A stretch of DNA of 20,605 nt from Octopus sinensis (lineage: Eukaryota), in the NCBI RefSeq assembly GCF_006345805.1, contig NW_021824002.1, forward strand, positions 1 through 20,605, written 5' to 3'. How positions within the stretch are numbered: position 1 is the first letter of the stretch; each line of letters begins with the position of its first letter. Of the stretch, positions 18,618 through 20,605 are shown in pieces. The translations under genes and the position numbers were made by a program. A model generated the notes under the pieces. That model did no database searches, was not told where the DNA came from, and saw nothing but the letters and a program-made list of their open reading frames with translations.

Positions 18618-18925
18618 ATCACGTGATCACGTGACCAACCAGGCTATCAGATATTGCCTACACATCGCTGGTCACATGCGCTTCGCATTGTTTTACCCTT
18701 CAAACGACGCGACCTCGCTGGCTAAGCGAGCAAGCCAACAGAGAAAGAGTGAGAGAAAGTTGCGGCGAAAGAGTACAGCAGGGTCACCACCGCCCCCTGT
18801 CGGAGCTCGTGGAGCTTTAGGTGTTTTCGCTCAATAAACACTCACGACGCCCGGTCTGAGAATCGAAACCACGATCCTACGACCATGCGAATCCACTGCC
18901 CTAACCACTGTGCCATTGCGCCGCC
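18618..18925 (-). mobile_element. SINE family D: family C head and body with a different 3' tail
   Basis: 18745-18925 aligns with 5134-5311. 18618-18745 is unrelated to the C tail and ends in TCACGTGATCACGTGA. Confidence 0.85.
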
Positions 18926-18955
18926 ACACACACCCACACACACACACACACACAC

Positions 18956-18999
<44 letters not shown>

Positions 19000-19259
19000 T
19001 ATACGGGTGTGTGATTAGGAAGCTTGTTTTAGAACCACTTGCTTTGGGGTTTAGTCGCATGATGTGCCAGGTTCGTTGACCAAGTATTGTCTGCACTCTT
19101 ATGATATACTCTCATAATCGATTAAACTTAGAAAACATGTCTTACCGAATTTCTATAAAATTACAACGGTATATCAGACTCATCCTGGAACCCTTGGTAA
19201 ATATCATGAGCCCAATTTCTCACAGGATATTTTCCTCTTCGCATTGATATACATTCTAA

Positions 19260-19478
19260 CATATCTCTATATATAATATATATATATTTATATTTCGTGT
19301 AATATTCGTATAAATGATAAAATGTTTAATCAAGTTGACTTCGCCCACACCTAACGCTTGGCATGTGTAACTGACATGTATGTTCATGCATACATACATA
19401 CGTACATACATACATACATACATAAACATACATACACACCTATGTTTAATGTATAAATATATATTATATCTGTCTATC

Positions 19479-19513
<35 letters not shown>

Positions 19514-19764
19514 ACACACACACACACACATGTACAATATGTAGATACATATACACACACACATATATAGTGAAAGAGAGAGTGTGTGACTGACAAAGAG
19601 AAGGAGAGAAAAAGAGTGAGAGGAGAAATAGTCAGAGAGATAAAAGGATACAGTGATAGAGAGATAAATATATATATATATATCCTTATTTAACTCTTTA
19701 TCTCTCAACCTTTCTGCCTCTCTTTCTCCTCTCTCTCTCTCTTCATCTCTATCTTTTTATATTA

Positions 19765-19835
<71 letters not shown>

Positions 19836-19949
19836 TATATTCGTAGTATACTTCATACAACCATCCCTATATATAGGACGATCATGCATATCACTCCCAG
19901 ACCACTATATGTGGAAGCAGGTGGTTTCGGATTTACACACACACACTCA

Positions 19950-19986
<37 letters not shown>

Positions 19987-20260
19987 TCACACACACACAC
20001 ACACACAGAGGCCGTGTCTGCAGTTGCCATCAGTGATAAGGTTCAAATATTTCCCTATACAAATATAGAATCATAAAAGTGTTTATATATTTATATTTTA
20101 ACTAAACACACAGTGGAAACGCAATGTAGAGCATACAGAGAAACTTAAACATACATATTTATACACACCATCATAGGCTCGCCCCCACCACCGACACGCA
20201 TTCATATAGATTGGCAAAAATATTTTGATATGCCCCCTCTCTCTAACTCTCCTCTTTCCT

Positions 20261-20315
<55 letters not shown>

Positions 20316-20533
20316 CTCTTTCTTTCTTTCTCTCTCTCTCTCCCTCTCTGTCCACCCGCTCTTACATTCATATAACCAAACGCTCACACGCATATATATC
20401 TAAGCATATATTTATACACGTATATATGTGCATATGTATGTATTATGTGTACATAGAAATATAGCAATATATATTTCTACACAAACATATATGTACATAT
20501 ATATGTGTATACACACACACACACACCACACAC

Positions 20534-20574
<41 letters not shown>

Positions 20575-20605
20575 CCTTATTTAACTCTTTATCTCTCAAC
20601 CTTTC
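19260..20605. repeat. Microsatellite-rich block (TA, CA, TACA, GA, TTTC)
   Basis: Directly visible. Confidence 0.9.

Noticed and set aside
1-20605. CRISPR array, rRNA or prokaryotic operon
   Set aside because: There is no constant-repeat/unique-spacer array, no rRNA-like sequence and no gene-dense region.

Overview
This is AT-rich, microsatellite-dense eukaryotic DNA, almost entirely intron- or intergenic-like. The repeat families look like those of an Octopus (coleoid cephalopod) genome; that assignment is recognition from memory, not a database search. No intact protein-coding gene is evident, and most ORFs in the track are translations of simple repeats. Contents: (1) about 17 tRNA-headed SINE copies or fragments, from several families that swap head, body and tail modules; (2) two 5'-truncated R4/Dong-like LINE ends sitting in (TAA)n-type microsatellites; (3) two MITEs and a probable Tc1/mariner end; (4) a 278-bp almost spacer-less palindrome; (5) an internally deleted Gypsy LTR retrotransposon on the minus strand (gag zinc knuckles, integrase, 3' LTR). 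The most unusual signals are RNA motifs. A 528-bp solo LTR is inserted in the Gypsy integrase with a 5-bp TSD. It carries all conserved hammerhead core nucleotides with stems I and III correctly paired, but in a strand order that is none of types I/II/III and with a non-canonical stem II. Separately, a near-intact type I hammerhead with a palindromic stem III lies at 5834-5922 (minus), between a Pol III B-box-like motif and a poly-T run, and two decayed hammerhead relics are nearby. No ribozyme activity or family assignment has been tested.
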